DNA of 64,000 nucleotides, from the NCBI GenBank assembly GCA_964016885.1, contig OZ024740.1, positions 154,504,001 through 154,568,000 on the forward strand, written 5' to 3'. This DNA comes from Eledone cirrhosa (Eukaryota). Every line of letters begins with the position of its first letter. Positions within the stretch are counted from its first letter, which is position 1. Below, piece by piece: positions 1-12,800 of this stretch. The position numbers were made by a program, and so were the translations under genes. Below the pieces are notes generated by a model. It saw only the letters and a program-made list of their open reading frames with translations. It did no database searches and had not been told where the DNA came from.

Positions 1-292
1 TATGCGTATGTATGTATGTATGTGTGTATGTGTGTGTGGCTCTAAGTGTGTGGGCGTAATTTTGAGTCATCTTTACATCTAAAAAGTGTTCTTAATGTCT
101 CTATCCATACCATATTACTTCCAGATCACTGGTATTGCTGATGGTGATGGTGATGGTGATGGTGATGGTGATGATTTTGGTTATTGTTGTTGGTGGTGCT
201 TGTGCTGTTTGACAGGTGGTTGAGAAGACGATGGTAGAAATATGATGGCAGTGGTATTAGCCTCTGCTGTTTTGTGTTATTGACGAAAATGT

Positions 293-560
293 GGAGGCAC
301 GTGGCTTAGTGGTAAGGGTGTTGGACTTACGATCATAAAGTCATAGGTTCAGTTCTTGGACTGGGTTGTGTGTTGTGTTCTTGAGGAAAACACTTCATTT
401 CACGTTGCTCCAGTATACTCGGTTGAAAATGAGTACCAGCACTAACTGAGGGTTTAACCCTGCGATGGGAGAGTCTTGTACTCTCAGTCGCTTCCCGCCA
501 CGGAAACTGGGATAAGCACCCACCTGATGAGCTTCCGGGGGCGAGACAAACCGAAGATGA
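293..560 (+). mobile_element. tRNA-derived SINE (second family)
   Basis: A-box-like TGGCTTAGTGG and B-box-like GGTTCAGTTC, then CACTTCATTTCACGTTGCTCCAGT, which recurs at ~47280; a related tail piece lies at 660-760. Confidence 0.6.
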
Positions 561-819
561 CCGAAGCTTAAGAAGCTCACTTTGAAATCATTAGGTGTCG
601 ACTTCGCGAAGTCTTGTTAGCGAAAATGGGTAGATAAAAACTGTTTTCAAGCTAGATGAATGAAATGTACTTTTAATTCAAAGGGCCAGCCTTTTCACAT
701 ATTATGTCATACTGAATCTCCCTGGGAATTATGTTAAGGATAAACATGTGTATGAAATGTTCTACGTCAGCAACAATTAAATAACCTTTTAATCCCCACG
801 GACATTGAACTTTACTATT

Positions 820-3800
820 GTAGTGGATGTGAGGTGGTTGTTTGGATGGTTGTTGTGGTGGTTGTAGTGGTGGATGTAGTAGTAGCTCTAGTGGTGGTTG
901 TAGTGGTAGCTGTAGTGGTGGGTGGTTGTGGTGGTCGTTGTAGTGGTGGTTGTGGTGGTGGATGTAGTGACAGTTGTAGTGGTAGTTGCACTGGTAGCTC
1001 TAAGTGGTGGTTGTAGTGGTGGATGTAGTGGTGGTTGTGGTGGTGGTGGGTGTAGTGGTGACTGTGGTCGCAGCGGTAGTGGTGGATGCAGTGGTAGCTG
1101 AAGTGGTTGTGGTGGTGGTGGATGTAGTGGTGACTGGTCGTGGCTGTAGGGGTGGTTGTAGTGGTGGATGTAGTGGTGGTTGTAGTGATAGCTGTAGTGG
1201 TGGTTGTGGTGGTGGTGGTTGTAGTGGTGGCTGTGGTGGTTTTGGTAGTGGTTGTAGTGGTGGCTGTGGTAGTTGTAGTGGTAGCTATAGTGGTGGTTTA
1301 TGTGGTGGTTGTGGTGGTGGGTTTAGTGATGGATGTAGTGATAGCTGTAGTGGTATTTGTTGTGGTGGTTGTAGTGGCGGCTGTGGTCGCGGCTTTAGTG
1401 ATGATTGTAATGGTGGTTGTAGTAGTGGATTCAGTTGTGGTTGTAGTGCTGACTGTAGTGGGGGTTGTAGTGCTGACTGTAGTGGTGGTTGTAGTGCTGA
1501 CTGTAGTGGGGGTTGTAGTGGTGACTGTAGTGGGGGTTGTAGTGGTGACTGTAGTGGGGGTTGTAGTGGTGACTGTAGTGGGGGTTGTAGTGCTGACTGT
1601 AGTGGGGGTTGTAGTGGTGACTGTAGTGGGGGTTGTAGTGGTGACTGTAGTGGTGGTTGTAGTGGTGACTGTAGTGGGGGTTGTAGTGGTGACTGTATTG
1701 GTGGTTGTAGTGGTGACTGTAGTGGGGGTTGTAGTGCTGACTGTAGTGGGGGTTGTAGTGCTGACTGTAGTGGGGGTTGTAGTGGTGACTGTAGTGGGGG
1801 TTGTAGTGGTGACTGTAGTGGGGGTTGTAGTGGTGACTGTAGTGGGGGTTGTAGTGCTGACTGTAGTGGGGGTTGTAGTGGTGACTGTAGTGGTGGTTGT
1901 AGTGGTGACTGTAGTGGGGGTTGTAGTGGTGACTGTAGTGGGGGTTGTAGTGGTGACTGTAGTGGGGGTTGTAGTGGTGACTGTAGTGGGGGTTGTAGTG
2001 CTGACTGTAGTGGGGGTTGTAGTGCTGACTGTAGTGGTGGTTGTAGTGCTGACTGTAGTGGGGTTGTAGTGCTGACTGTAGTGGGGGTTGTAGTGCTGAC
2101 TGTAGTGGGGGTTGTAGTGCTGACTGTAGTGGGGGTTGTAGTGCTGACTGTAGTGGGGGTTGTAGTGCTGACTGTAGTGGGGGTTGTAGTGCTGACTGTA
2201 GTGGGGGTTATAGTGCTGACTGTAGTGGTGGTTGTAGTGCTGACTGTAGTGGTGGTTGTAGTGCTGACTGTAGTGGGGGTTGTAGTGGTGACTGTAGTGG
2301 GGGTTGTAGTGCTGACTGTAGTGGGGGTTGTAGTGCTGACTGTAGTGGGGGTTGTAGTGGTGACTGTAGTGGTGGTTGTAGTGGTGACTGTAGTGGTGGT
2401 TGTAGTGGTGACTGTAGTGGGGGTTATAGTGGTGACTGTAGTGGGGGTTGTAGTGGTGACTGTAGTGGTGGTTGTAGTGCTGACTGTAGTGGGGGTTGTA
2501 GTGCTGACTGTAGTGGGGGTTGTAGTGTTGACTGTAGTGGGGGTTGTAGTGGTGACTGTAGTGGGGGTTGTAGTGCTGACTGTAGTGGTGGTTGTAGTGG
2601 TGACTGTAGTGGGGGTTGTAGTGGTGATTGTAGTGTTGGTTGTAGTGGTGACTGTAGTGGGGGTTGTAGTGGTGACTGTAGTGGGGGTTGTAGTGGTGAC
2701 TGTAGTGGGGGTTGTAGTGGTGACTGTAGTGGGGGTTGTAGTGGTGACTGTAGTGGGGGTTGTAGTGGTGACTGTAGTGGTGGTTGTAGTGGTGACTGTA
2801 GTGGTGGTTGTAGTGCTGACTGTAGTGGTGGTTGTAGTGCTGACTGTAGTGGTGGTTGTAGTGGTGACTGTAGTGGGGGTTGTAGTGGTGACTGTAGTAG
2901 TGGTTGTAGTGCTGACTGTAGTGGGGGTTGTAGTGGTGACTGTAGTGGGGGTTGTAGTGGTGACTGTAGTGGGGGTTGTAGTGCTGACTGTAGTGGGGGT
3001 TGTAGTGGTGACTGTAGTGGGGGTTGTAGTGGTGACTGTAGTAGTGGTTGTAGTGCTGACTGTAGTGGGGGTTGTAGTGGTGACTGTAGTGGTGGTTGTA
3101 GTGGTGACTTTAGTGGTGGTTGTAGTGCTGACTGTAGTGGGGGTTGTAGTGCTGACTGTAGTGGGGGTTGTAGTGGTGACTGTAGTGGGGGTTGTAGTGC
3201 TGACTGTAGTGGGGGTTGTAGTGCTGACTGTAGTGGGGGTTGTAGTGCTGACTGTAGTGGGGGTTGTAGTGCTGACTGTAGTGGGGGTTGTAGTGGTGAC
3301 TGTAGTGGGGGTTGTAGTGCTGACTGTAGTGGGGGTTGTAGTGCTGACTGTAGTGGTGGTTGTAGTGGTGACTGTAGTGGGGGTTGTAGTGGTGACTGTA
3401 GTAGTGGTTGTAGTGCTGACTGTAGTGGGGGTTGTAGTGGTGACTGTAGTGGTGGTTGTAGTGGTGACTTTAGTGGTGGTTGTAGTGCTGACTGTAGTGG
3501 GGTTGTAGTGGTGACTGTAGTGGTGGTTGTAGTGGTGACTGTAGTGGTGGTTGTAGTGCTGACTGTAGTGGGGGTTGTAGTGCTGACTGTAGTGGTGGTT
3601 GTAGTGGTGACTGTAGTGGGGGTTGTAGTGCTGACTGTAGTGGTGGTTGTAGTGCTGACTGTAGTGGGGGTTGTAGTGCTGACTGTAGTGGGGGTTGTAG
3701 TGGTGACTGTAGTGGGGGTTGTAGTGCTGACTGTAGTGGGGGTTGTAGTGCTGACTGTAGTGGTGGTTGTAGTGGTGACTGTAGTGGGGGTTGTAGTGGT

Positions 3801-6800
3801 GACTGTAGTAGTGGTTGTAGTGCTGACTGTAGTGGGGGTTGTAGTGGTGACTGTAGTGGGGGTTGTAGTGCTGACTGTAGTGGTGGTTGTAGTGCTGACT
3901 GTAGTGGGGGTTGTAGTGCTGACTGTAGTGGGGGTTGTAGTGGTGACTGTAGTGGTGGTTGTAGTGGTGACTGTAGTGGTGGTTGTAGTGCTGACTGTAG
4001 TGGTGGTTGTAGTGGTGACTTTAGTGGTGGTTGTAGTGCTGACTGTAGTGGGGGTTGTAGTGCTGACTGTAGTGGGGGTTGTAGTGGTGACTGTAGTGGT
4101 GGTTGTAGTGCTGACTGTAGTGGTGGTTGTAGTGGTAACTGTAGTGGGGTGTGTCGTGGTGACTGTAGTGGGGGTTGTAGTGGTGACTGTAGTGGTGGTT
4201 GTAGTGGTGACTGTAGTGGGGGTTGTAGTGCTGACTGTAGTGGGGGTTGTAGTGCTGACTGTAGTGGGTGTTGTAGTGGTGACTGTAGTGGTGGTTGTAG
4301 TGGTGACTGTAGTGGTGGTTGTAGAGGTAACTGTAGTGGGGTTTGTCGTGGTGACTGTAGTGGGGGTTGTAGTGGTGACTGTAGTGGTGGTTGTAGTGCT
4401 GACTGTAGTGGGGGTTGTAGTGCTGACTGTAGTGGGTGTTGTAGTGGTGACTGTAGTGGTGGTTGTAGTGGTGACTGTAGTGGGGGTTGTAGTGGTGACT
4501 GTAGTGGTTGTTGTAGTGGTGACTGTAGTGGGGGTTGTAATGGTGAATGTAGTGGTGGTTGTAGTGGTGACTGTAGTGGGGGTTGTAGTGGTGACTGTAG
4601 TGTTGGTTGTAGTGGTGACTGTAGTGGTGGTTGTAGTGGTGACTGTAGTGGTGGTTGTAGAGGTGACTGTAGTGGTAGTTGTAGTGGTGACTGTAGTGGG
4701 GGTTGTAGTGGTGACTGTAGTGGGGGTTGTAGTGCTGACTGTAGTGTGGGTTGTAGTGCTGACTGTAGTGGGGGTTGTAGTGCTGACTGTAGTGGTGGTT
4801 GTAGTGGTGACTGTAGTGGGGGTTGTAGTGGTGACTGTAGTGGTGGTTGTAGTGGTGACTGTAGTGGGGGTTGTAGTGGTGACTGTAGTGGGGGTTGTAG
4901 TGCTGACTGTAGTGGTGGTTGTAGTGGTGACTGTAGTGGGGGTTGTAGTGGTGACTGTAGTGGTGGTTGTAGTGCTGACTGTAGTGGGGGTTGTAGTGGT
5001 GACTGTAGTGGGGGTTGTAGTGGTGACTGTAGTGGTGGTTGTAGTGCTGACTGTAGTGGTGGTTGTAGTGGTGACTGTAGTGGGGGTTGTAGTGGTGACT
5101 GTAGTGGTGGTTGTAGTGGTGACTGTAGTGGGGGTTGTAGTGGTGACTGTAGTGGGGGTTGTAGTGGTGACTGTAGTGGTGGTTGTAGTGCTGACTGTAG
5201 TGGGGGTTGTAGTGGTGACTGTAGTGGGGGTTGTAGTGGTGACTGTAGTGGTGGTTGTAGTGGTGACTGTAGTGGTGGTTGTAGTGGTGACTGTAGTGGG
5301 GGTTGTAGTGGTGACTGTAGTGGGGGTTGTAGTGGTGACTGTAGTGGGGGTTGTAGTGGTGACTGTAGTGGTGGTTGTAGTGGTGACTGTAGTGGGGGTT
5401 GTAGTGCTGACTGTAGTGGTGGTTGTAGTGGTGACTGTAGTGGGGGTTGTAGTGCTGACTGTAGTGGGGGTTGTAGTGCTGACTGTAGTGGGGGTTGTAG
5501 TGCTGACTGTAGTGGTGGTTGTAGTGGTGACTGTAGTGGGGGTTGTAGTGCTGACTGTAGTGGGGGTTGTAGTGCTGACTGTAGTGGTGGTTGTAGTGGT
5601 GACTGTAGTGGTGGTTGTAGTGCTGACTGTAGTGGGGGTTGTAGTGGTGACTGTAGTGGGGGTTGTAGTGGTGACTGTAGTGGTGGTTGTAGTGCTGACT
5701 GTAGTGGGGGTTGTAGTGGTGACTGTAGTGGGGGTTGTAGTGGTGACTGTAGAGGTGTTTGTAGTGCTGACTGTAGTGGTGGTTGTAATGGTGACTGTAG
5801 TGGGGGTTGTAGTGCTGACTGTAGTGGGGGTTGTAGTGGTGACTGTAGTGGTGGTTGTAGTGGTCACTGTAGTGGTGGTTGTAGTGCTGACTGTAGTGGG
5901 TGTTGTAGTGGTGACTGTAGTGGGGGTTGTAGTGGTGACTGTAGTGGTGGTTGTAGTGGTGACTGTAGTGGTGTTTGTAGTGCTGACTGTAGTGGGGGTT
6001 GTAGTGGTGACTGTAGTGGTGGTTGTAGTGGTGACTGTAGTGGTGGTTGTAGTGGTGACTGTAGTGGTGGTTGTAGTGGTGACTGTAGTGGGGGTTGTAG
6101 TGCTGACTGTAGTGGGGGTTGTAGTGGTGACTGTAGTGGGGGTTGTAGTGGTGACTGTAGTGGTGTTTGTAGTGGTGACTGTAGTGGGGGTTGTAGTGGT
6201 GACTGTAGTGGGGGTTGTAGTGCTGACTGTAGTGGTGGTTGTAGTGCTGACTGTAGTGGGGGTTGTAGTGCTGACTGTAGTGGGTGTTGTAGTGGTGACT
6301 GTAGTGGTGGTTGTAGTGGTGACTGTAGTGGGGGTTGTAGTGGTGACTGTAGTGGTTGTTGTAGTGGTGACTGTAGTGGGGGTTGTAATGGTGAATGTAG
6401 TGGTGGTTGTAGTGGTGACTGTAGTGGGGGTTGTAGTGGTGACTGTAGTGTTGGTTGTAGTGGTGACTGTAGTGGTGGTTGTAGTGGTGACTGTAGTGGT
6501 GGTTGTAGTGGTGACTGTAGTGGTAGTTGTAGTGGTGACTGTAGTGGGGGTTGTAGTGGTGACTGTAGTGGGGGTTGTAGTGCTGACTGTAGTGTGGGTT
6601 GTAGTGCTGACTGTAGTGGGGGTTGTAGTGCTGACTGTAGTGGTGGTTGTAGTGGTGACTGTAGTGGGGGTTGTAGTGGTGACTGTAGTGGTGGTTGTAG
6701 TGGTGACTGTAGTGGGGGTTGTAGTGGTGACTGTAGTGGGGGTTGTAGTGCTGACTGTAGTGGTGGTTGTAGTGGTGACTGTAGTGGGGGTTGTAGTGGT

Positions 6801-9800
6801 GACTGTAGTGGTGGTTGTAGTGCTGACTGTAGTGGGGGTTGTAGTGGTGACTGTAGTGGGGGTTGTAGTGGTGACTGTAGTGGTGGTTGTAGTGCTGACT
6901 GTAGTGGTGGTTGTAGTGGTGACTGTAGTGGGGGTTGTAGTGGTGACTGTAGTGGTGGTTGTAGTGCTGACTGTAGTGGGGGTTGTAGTGGTGACTGTAG
7001 TGGGGGTTGTAGTGGTGACTGTAGTGGTGGTTGTAGTGCTGACTGTAGTGGGGGTTGTAGTGGTGACTGTAGTGGGGGTTGTAGTGGTGACTGTAGTGGT
7101 GGTTGTAGTGGTGACTGTAGTGGTGGTTGTAGTGGTGACTGTAGTGGGGGTTGTAGTGGTGACTGTAGTGGGGGTTGTAGTGGTGACTGTAGTGGGGGTT
7201 GTAGTGGTGACTGTAGTGGTGGTTGTAGTGGTGACTGTAGTGGGGGTTGTAGTGCTGACTGTAGTGGTGGTTGTAGTGGTGACTGTAGTGGGGGTTGTAG
7301 TGCTGACTGTAGTGGGGGTTGTAGTGCTGACTGTAGTGGGGGTTGTAGTGCTGACTGTAGTGGTGGTTGTAGTGGTGACTGTAGTGGGGGTTGTAGTGCT
7401 GACTGTAGTGGGGGTTGTAGTGCTGACTGTAGTGGTGGTTGTAGTGGTGACTGTAGTGGTGGTTGTAGTGCTGACTGTAGTGGGGGTTGTAGTGGTGACT
7501 GTAGTGGGGGTTGTAGTGGTGACTGTAGTGGTGGTTGTAGTGCTGACTGTAGTGGGGGTTGTAGTGGTGACTGTAGTGGGGGTTGTAGTGGTGACTGTAG
7601 AGGTGTTTGTAGTGCTGACTGTAGTGGTGGTTGTAATGGTGACTGTAGTGGGGGTTGTAGTGCTGACTGTAGTGGGGGTTGTAGTGGTGACTGTAGTGGT
7701 GGTTGTAGTGGTCACTGTAGTGGTGGTTGTAGTGCTGACTGTAGTGGGGGTTGTAGTGGTGACTGTAGTGGGGGTTGTAGTGGTGACTGTAGTGGTGGTT
7801 GTAGTGGTGACTGTAGTGGTGTTTGTAGTGCTGACTGTAGTGGGGGTTGTAGTGGTGACTGTAGTGGTGGTTGTAGTGGTGACTGTAGTGGTGGTTGTAG
7901 TGGTGACTGTAGTGGTGGTTGTAGTGGTGACTGTAGTGGGGGTTGTAGTGCTGACTGTAGTGGGGGTTGTAGTGGTGACTGTAGTGGGGGTTGTAGTGGT
8001 GACTGTAGTGGTGTTTGTAATGGTGACTGTAGTGGGGGTTGTAGTGGTGACTGTAGTGGGGGTTGTAGTGCTGACTGTAGTGGTGGTTGTAGTGGTGACT
8101 GTAGTGGTGGTTGTAGTGGTGATGTAGTAGTGGTTGTAGTGCTGACTGTAGTGGGGGTTGTAGTGCTGACTGTAGTGAGGGTTGTAGTGGTGACTGTAGT
8201 GGGGGTTGTAGTGGTGACTGTAGTGGTGGTTGTAGTGCTGACTGTAGTGGGGGTTGTAGTGGTGACTGTAGTGGTGGTTGTAGTGGTCACTGTAGTGGTG
8301 GTTGTAGTGCTGACTGTAGTGGGGGTTGTAGTGGTGACTGTAGTGGTGGTTGTAGTGGTGACTGTAGTGGTGTTTGTAGTGCTGACTGTAGTGGGGGTTG
8401 TAGTGGTGACTGTAGTGGTGGTTGTAGTGGTGACTGTAGTGGGGGTTGTAGTCGTGACTGTAGTGGGGGTTGTAGTGCTGACTGTAGTGGTGGTTGTAGT
8501 GCTGACTGTAGTGGTGGTTGTAGTGGTGACTGTAGTGGGGGTTGTAGTGGTGACTGTAGTGGTGGTTGTAGTGCTGACTGTAGTGGGGGTTGTAGTGGTG
8601 ACTGTAGTGGGGGTTGTAGTGGTGACTGTAGTGTTGGTTGTAGTGGTGATTGTAGTGGTGGTTGTAGTGGTGACTGTAGTGGGGGTTGTAGTGCTGACTG
8701 TAGTGGTGGTTGTAGTGGTGACTGTAGTGGTGGTTGTAGTGGTGACTGTAGTAGTGGTTGTAGTGCTGACTGTAGTGGGGGTTGTAGTGGGGGCTGTAGT
8801 GGTGACTGTAGTGGGGGTTGTAGTGGTGACTGTAGTGGTGGTTGTAGTGCTGACTGTAGTGCGGGTTGTAGTGGTGACTGTAGTGGGGGTTGTAGTGGTG
8901 GTTGTAGTGGGGGTTGTAGTGGTGACTGTAGTGGGGGTTGTAGTGGTGACTGTAGTGGGGGTTGTAGTGGTGACTGTAGTGGGGGTTGTAGTGCTGACTG
9001 TAGTGGTGGTTGTAGTGGTGACTGTAGTGGTGGTTGTAGTGGTGATTGTAGTGGGGGTTGTAGTGCTGACTGTAGTGGTGGTTGTAGTGGTGACTGTAGT
9101 GGTGGTTGTAGTGCTGACTGTAGTGGGGGTTGTAGTGGTGACTGTAGTGGTGGTTGTAGTGGTGGTTGTAGTGGGGGTTGTAGTGGTGACTGTAGTGGGG
9201 GTTGTAGTGGTGACTGTAGTGGTGGTTGTAGTGGTGACTGTAGTGGTGGTTGTAGTGCTGACTGTAGTGGGGGTTGTAGTGGTGACTGTAGTGGTGGTTG
9301 TAGTGGTGGTTGTAGTGGGGGTTGTAGTGGTGACTGTAGTGGATGTTGTAGTGGTGACTGTAGTGGTGGTTGTAGTGGTGACTGTAGTGGTGGTTGTAGT
9401 GCTGACTGTAGTGGGGGTTGTAGTGGTGACTGTAGTGGTGGTTGTAGTGGTGACTGTAGTGGTGGTTGTAGTGCTGACTGTAGTGGGGGTTGTAGTGGTG
9501 ATTGTAGTGGTGGTTGTAGTGCTGACTGTAGTGGGGGTTGTAGTGCTGACTGTAGTGGGGGTTGTAGTGCTGACTGTAGTGGGGGTTGTAGTGCTGACTG
9601 TAGTGGGGGTTATAGTGGTGACTGTAGTGGGGGTTGTAGTGGTGACTGTAGTGGTGTTTGTAGTGGTGACTGTAGTGGGGGTTCTAGTGGTGACTTTAGT
9701 GGGGGTGGTCGTGGTGACTGTAGTAGTGGTTGTAGTGCTGACTGTAGTGGGAGTTGTAGTGGTGACTGTAGTGGGGGTTGTAGTGGTGACTGTAGTGGTG

Positions 9801-12800
9801 GTTGTAGTGCTGACTGTAGTGGGAGTTGTAGTGGTGACTGTAGTGGGGGTTGTAGTGGTGACTGTAGTGGTGGTTGTAGTGCTGACTGTAGTGGGGGTTG
9901 TAGTGGTGACTGTAGTGGGGGTTGTAGTGGTGACTGTAGTGGTGGTTGTAGTGCTGACTGTAGTGGGGGTTGTAGTGGTGACTGTATTGGTGGTTGTAGT
10001 GGTGACTGTAGTGGTGGTTGTAGTGCTGACTGTAGTGGGGGTTGTAGTGCTGACTGTAGTGGGGGTTGTAGTGGTGACTGTAGTGGGGGTTGTAGTGCTG
10101 ACTGTAGTGGGGGTTGTAGTGCTGACTGTAGTGGGGGTTGTAGTGGTGACTGTAGTGGGGGTTGTAGTGGTGACTGTAGTGGTGGTTGTAGTGGTGACTG
10201 TAGTAGTGGTTGTAGTGCTGACTGTAGTGGGAGTTGTAGTGGTGACTGTATTGGGGGTTGTAGTGGTGACTGTAGTGGTGGTTGTAGTGCTGACTGTAGT
10301 GGGGGTTGTAGTGGTGACTGTAGTCGGGGGTTGTAGTAGTGACTGTAGTGGTGGTTGTAGTGGTGACTGTAGTGGGGGTTGTAGTGGTGACTGTATTGGT
10401 GGTTGTAGTGGTGACTGTAGTGGTGGTTGTAGTGCTGACTGTAGTGGGGGTTGTAGTGCTGACTGTAGTGGGGGTTGTAGTGCTGACTGTAGTGGGGGTT
10501 GTAGTGGTGACTGTAGTGGTGGTTGTAGTGGTGACTGTAGTGGGGGTTGTAGTGCTGACTGTAGTGGGGGTTGTAGTGCTGACTGTAGTGGGGGTTGTAG
10601 TGGTGACTGTAGTGGTGGTTGTAGTGCTGACTGTAGTGGGGGTTGTAGTGCTGACTGTAGTGGGGGTTGTAGTGCTGACTGTAGTGGGGATTGTAGTGGT
10701 GACTGTAGTGGTGGTTGTAGTGGTGACTGTAGTGGGGGTTGTAGTGCTGACTGTAGTGGGGGTTGTAGTGGTGACTGTAGTGGGGGTTATAGTGCTGACT
10801 GTAGTGGGGGTTGTAGTGCTGACTGTAGTGGGGGTTGTAGTGGTGACTGTAGTGGGGGTTGTAGTGGTGACTGTAGTGGTGGTTGTAGTGGTGACTGTAG
10901 TGGGGGTTGTAGTGCTGACTGTAGTGGTGGTTGTAGTGGTGACTGTAGTGGGGGTTGTAGTGCTGACTGTAGTGGTGGTTGTAGTGGTGACTGTAGTGGG
11001 GGTTGTAGTGCTGACTGTAGTGGGGCTTGTAGTGGTGACTGTAGTGGGGGTTGTAGTGCTGACTGTAGTGGGGGTTGTAGTGCTGACTGTAGTGGTGGTT
11101 GTAGTGCTGACTGTAGTGGTGGTTGTAGTGCTGACTGTAGTGGGGGTTGTAGTGCTGACTGTAGTGGGGGTTGTAGTGCTGACTGTAGTGGTGGTTGTAG
11201 TGCTGACTGTAGTGGTGGTTGTAGTGGTGACTGTAGTGGTGGTTGTAGTGCTGACTGTAGTGGGGGTTGTAGTGGTGACTGTAGTGGGGGTTGTAGTGCT
11301 GACTGTAGTGGGGGTTGTAGTGCTGACTGTAGTGGGGGTTGTAGTGCTGACTGTAGTGGGGGTTGTAGTGCTGACTGTAGTGGGGGTTGTAGTGCTGACT
11401 GTAGTGGGGGTTGTAGTGGTGACTGTAGTGGGGGTTGTAGTGCTGACTGTAGTGGGGGTTGTAGTGGTGACTGTAGTGGGGGTTGTAGTGCTGACTGTAG
11501 TGGGGCTTGTAGTGGTGACTGTAGTGGGGGTTGTAGTGCTGACTGTAGTGGGGGTTGTAGTGCTGACTGTAGTGGGGGTTGTAGTGGTGACTGTAGTGGG
11601 GGTTGTAGTGCTGACTGTAGTGGGGCTTGTAGTGGTGACTGTAGTGGGGGTTGTAGTGCTGACTGTAGTGGGGGTTGTAGTGCTGACTGTAGTGGGGTTT
11701 GTAGTGGTGACTGTAGTGGGGGTTGTAGTGGTGACTGTAGTGGGGGTTGTAGTGGTGACTGTAGTGGTGGTTGTAGTGCTGACTGTAGTGGTGGTTGTAG
11801 TGGTGACTGTAGTGGGGGTTGTAGTGCTGACTGTAGTGGGGGTTGTAGTGGTGACTGTAGTGGGGGTTGTAGTGGTGACTGTAGTGGTGGTTGTAGTGCT
11901 GACTGTAGTGGTGGTTGTAGTGGTAACTGTAGTGGGGTGTGTCGTGGTGACTGTAGTGGGGGTTGTAGTGGTGACTGTAGTGGTGGTTGTAGTGGTGACT
12001 GTAGTGGGGGTTGTAGTGCTGACTGTAGTGGGGGTTGTAGTGCTGACTGTAGTGGGTGTTGTAGTGGTGACTGTAGTGGTGGTTGTAGTGGTGACTGTAG
12101 TGGTGGTTGTAGAGGTAACTGTAGTGGGGTTTGTCGTGGTGACTGTAGTGGGGGTTGTAGTGGTGACTGTAGTGGTGGTTGTAGAGCTGACTGTAGTGGG
12201 GGTTGTAGTGCTGACTGTAGTGGGTGTTGTAGTGGTGACTGTAGTGGTGGTTGTAGTGGTGACTGTAGTGGGGGTTGTAGTGGTGACTGTAGTGGTTGTT
12301 GTAGTGGTGACTGTAGTGGGGGTTGTAATGGTGAATGTAGTGGTGGTTGTAGTGGTGACTGTAGTGGGGGTTGTAGTGGTGACTGTAGTGTTGGTTGTAG
12401 TGGTGACTGTAGTGGTGGTTGTAGTGGTGACTGTAGTGGTGGTTGTAGTGGTGACTGTAGTGGTAGTTGTAGTGGTGACTGTAGTGGGGGTTGTAGTGGT
12501 GACTGTAGTGGGGGTTGTAGTGGTGACTGTAGTGGGGGTTGTAGTGGTGACTGTAGTGAGGGTTGTAGTTGTGACTGTAGTGGGGTTGTAGTGCTGACTG
12601 TAGTGGGGGTTGTAGTGGTGACTGTAGTGGGGGTTGTAGTGGTGACTGTAGTGGTGGTTGTAGTGCTGACTGTAGTGGTGGTTGTAGTGGTGACTGTAGT
12701 GGTGGTTGTAGTGGTGACTGTAGTGGTGGTTGTAGTGCTGACTGTAGTGGTGGTTGTAGTGGTGACTGTAGTGGTGGTTGTAGTGGCGACAGTAGTGGTG

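Noticed and set aside
520-560. CTGATGAG as a hammerhead core
   Set aside because: No stem II followed by GAAA; it lies inside a SINE body.
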